Source: Faecousia sp.
GTDB lineage: Bacteria > Bacillota > Clostridia > Oscillospirales > Oscillospiraceae
NCBI GenBank assembly: GCA_045121575.1
Contig: JBGVGH010000047.1
Location: forward strand, 940 to 64,939
DNA: 64,000 bases
Reading direction: 5' to 3'
The notes under the pieces are model-generated. The model ran no database searches, was not told the DNA's origin, and saw nothing but the letters and a program-made list of their open reading frames with translations. Positions 62,340 to 64,000 of the stretch are shown piece by piece (position 1 is the stretch's first letter; each line of letters starts with the position of its first letter). The position numbers were made by a program, and so were the translations under genes.

Positions 62340-63842
62340 TCAAGAAATTTCTCTCTTTTTTTGCAATCCCGGCAATCCGGCAAGCCAGCGCACATCCTCG
62401 GCATAGAGACTCCCCGTCAAATACAGGCTGGAAAACACCAGTGCCAGGTAAGATACCACTTTCAGCGCCGGATTTGTCAGCAAATCCGCCCCCAGCACCG
62501 CCGCCACCATCGCCCCCACCGACAGCCAGGGCACATGCAGCGGGATGCGCAGACCGGTGATTTTCAGCAGCAGCCCCAGGCTCAGCACCGCGTTGACCGC
62601 GTGGCTGACGAAAAAGCTGACAAAATACCCCCGGATTCCCCACACCGGCAGCAGAAAATACAGCCCCAGCACATCCATCACCGAGGTGAGGATGTTGAAG
62701 CGGACACAGACGGTCTGCTGCCCCAGCCCCTTGTTCATGGCATCCACCACCGCGTCGCAGTAGAGCATGGGTGCAAGCAGGGCAAACCACCGCAGGTACT
62801 CCCCTGCCTCCCCGCTGCGGTACAGCAAAACACACAGCGGCTCTGCCAGCAGGAAAAGCACCCCGCCGCAGGCGATGCCGTAAAAGAGGGCCAGGCGCAG
62901 ACTCCGCCGGGCAAGGTAGCGAATGCGTCTGCGGCTGCCGGCGGCATTGCACCGGGCCATTTCCGGAATCAGCAAATCCGAAAGTCCATACAAAATGGCC
63001 GCCGGAAACATCAGCACCGGAAACACCATGCCACACACCGTCCCGAACTGAGCCAGAGCGTCCCCCGCCCCGGTGTAAAGTGCCAGGCGCTTGGGCACCA
63101 TGAGATTTTCCGTGGTGGTGATGCCCATTTTCAAATCGTCCGCCACCGCCAGCGGCAGTGCCACCGTCGTCAGCCGGCGGGCAACAGGAATGCGTGGCCC
63201 CGCTCCGGCCCGCTCCAGCAGCCGCAGCACCATGAGCGAAAGCAAAGTCAGGCAGCTTCCCACGCAGCTTCCCAGCACCACCGCCTGGCAGGCCCGTCCA
63301 ATGTCCTTCCCTGCCCACAAAAGCAGGGCCGACGCGGTCACCCCCATGGAGCAAAGCTGCTCCGCCACCTCCACCGCCGCCAGGGTGCCGATGCGGTTGG
63401 CGGCGGTAAAATAGCCAATCATCACCCCGGACAGGCAACTCACCGGCAGAAACACCGCCAGCAGCCGGATGGCACCCACCGTCTGGCTGCTTCCTATCCA
63501 GATTGCTGCGATTTTCGGCGCAAAGGCATACACCCCCGCCCCCACGGCGCAGCTGAAAATCAGGCTGTAAACCACGCAGCTGGAGAGTATCCAGCTGACA
63601 TTCTGCGCCCGCTTCTTTCCCAGCTCCTCCGCCGTCAGATACATGGTTGCCGTCCGCACCCCGGCAACGCCGGCTGTCATGGACAGGTTTCCCACCGACA
63701 GCACCAGCTGCAAAAGCCCCACCCCGGAAGCGCCGATTCGCCCGGAAATAAACACCTGAAAGGAGGTGGACACCAGACGCAGCAGCAGGTTCACCCCTGT
63801 CAGCATCAGCGCATTGTAAAAAATCGGCCGTTTGCGTCCCAT
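62340..63842 (-). CDS. MOP-superfamily flippase (SpoVB/polysaccharide biosynthesis protein-like)
   Basis: 500 aa with about 14 TM segments. N-terminus FYNALMLTGVNLLLRLVSTSFQVFISGRIGASGVGL is typical of SpoVB-like proteins. Confidence 0.75.
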   Translation of the reverse strand: MGRKRPIFYNALMLTGVNLLLRLVSTSFQVFISGRIGASGVGLLQLVLSVGNLSMTAGVAGVRTATMYLTAEELGKKRAQNVSWILSSCVVYSLIFSCAVGAGVYAFAPKIAAIWIGSSQTVGAIRLLAVFLPVSCLSGVMIGYFTAANRIGTLAAVEVAEQLCSMGVTASALLLWAGKDIGRACQAVVLGSCVGSCLTLLSLMVLRLLERAGAGPRIPVARRLTTVALPLAVADDLKMGITTTENLMVPKRLALYTGAGDALAQFGTVCGMVFPVLMFPAAILYGLSDLLIPEMARCNAAGSRRRIRYLARRSLRLALFYGIACGGVLFLLAEPLCVLLYRSGEAGEYLRWFALLAPMLYCDAVVDAMNKGLGQQTVCVRFNILTSVMDVLGLYFLLPVWGIRGYFVSFFVSHAVNAVLSLGLLLKITGLRIPLHVPWLSVGAMVAAVLGADLLTNPALKVVSYLALVFSSLYLTGSLYAEDVRWLAGLPGLQKKREIS

Positions 63843-63948
63843 CTCATCCCCCCTGCCCGATGATATGTGGACAAGTGCGCAAATATGCCGTTGACTTTGG
63901 TCTGTGCCATGTTATACTGGTTACAAACCGACACAACGGGAGGCAGGT

Positions 63949-64000
63949 ATGGATAAAGCGCACTATAAAGCCCTCTGGCAGCAGGAGGAGGACATCGCCC
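63949..64000 (+). CDS. 5' end of an unidentified gene (runs off the window)
   Basis: GGGAGG RBS, then ATG 63949 (MDKAHYKALWQQEEDIA...). Confidence 0.35.
   Translation, partial: MDKAHYKALWQQEEDIA

Noticed and set aside
1-64000. CRISPR arrays, rRNA genes, tRNA genes, retron or reverse-transcriptase signatures.
   Set aside because: I saw no regularly spaced direct repeats, no rRNA-like or cloverleaf-like segments, and no RT motifs (YxDD) on either strand.

Overview
This window looks like a GC-rich Firmicutes/Clostridia chromosome segment. The taxon (Oscillospiraceae-like) is inferred only from gene order and protein motifs. No search tools were used: every family call comes from motif recognition in the translations, and all coordinates and repeats were counted by hand.

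The backbone is mostly housekeeping genes:
- two ABC exporters
- a ClpC-like ATPase broken by one in-frame TAA
- ecfA1-ecfA2-ecfT-truA
- an rRNA-type methyltransferase and a PBP1A
- ruvX
- rpmG-secE-nusG-rplK-rplA and rplJ-rplL
- a CobW-type GTPase pair
- an aminotransferase with an AGCS symporter
- a second truA, copA, an HxlR regulator, DegV, ThrE, cobB
- ylxM-ffh-rpsP-KH-rimM-trmD
- hprK, an RluA-family synthase, rpmB
- der-plsY-gpsA
- yceD-rpmF
- a SpoVB-like flippase

No rRNA gene, tRNA gene or CRISPR array was seen.

Three visibly AT-richer accessory blocks interrupt this backbone:
1. 20.98-23.8 kb: a secreted protein plus a tandem array of divergent membrane-anchored paralogs, wedged between rplA and rplJ.
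2. 26.15-26.92 kb: a small two-gene module (ParB/Srx-like protein plus a GNAT).
3. 41174-51243: a 10,070-bp decayed serine-recombinase/TnpV-type element. It is bounded by perfect 14-bp inverted repeats and sits exactly at the trmD/cobB junction.

The third block carries the most interesting cargo. It is an AT-rich operon with its own consensus promoter, and it encodes:
- an Xis-like HTH protein
- an unrecognised 292-aa protein
- a Ycf46-like classical AAA+ ATPase
- a 505-aa protein ending in a glycine-zipper region
- a 118-aa protein

A convergent XRE regulator lies next to it. I propose this operon as a candidate undescribed conflict/defence system. That proposal is an inference and needs homology searches and experiments.
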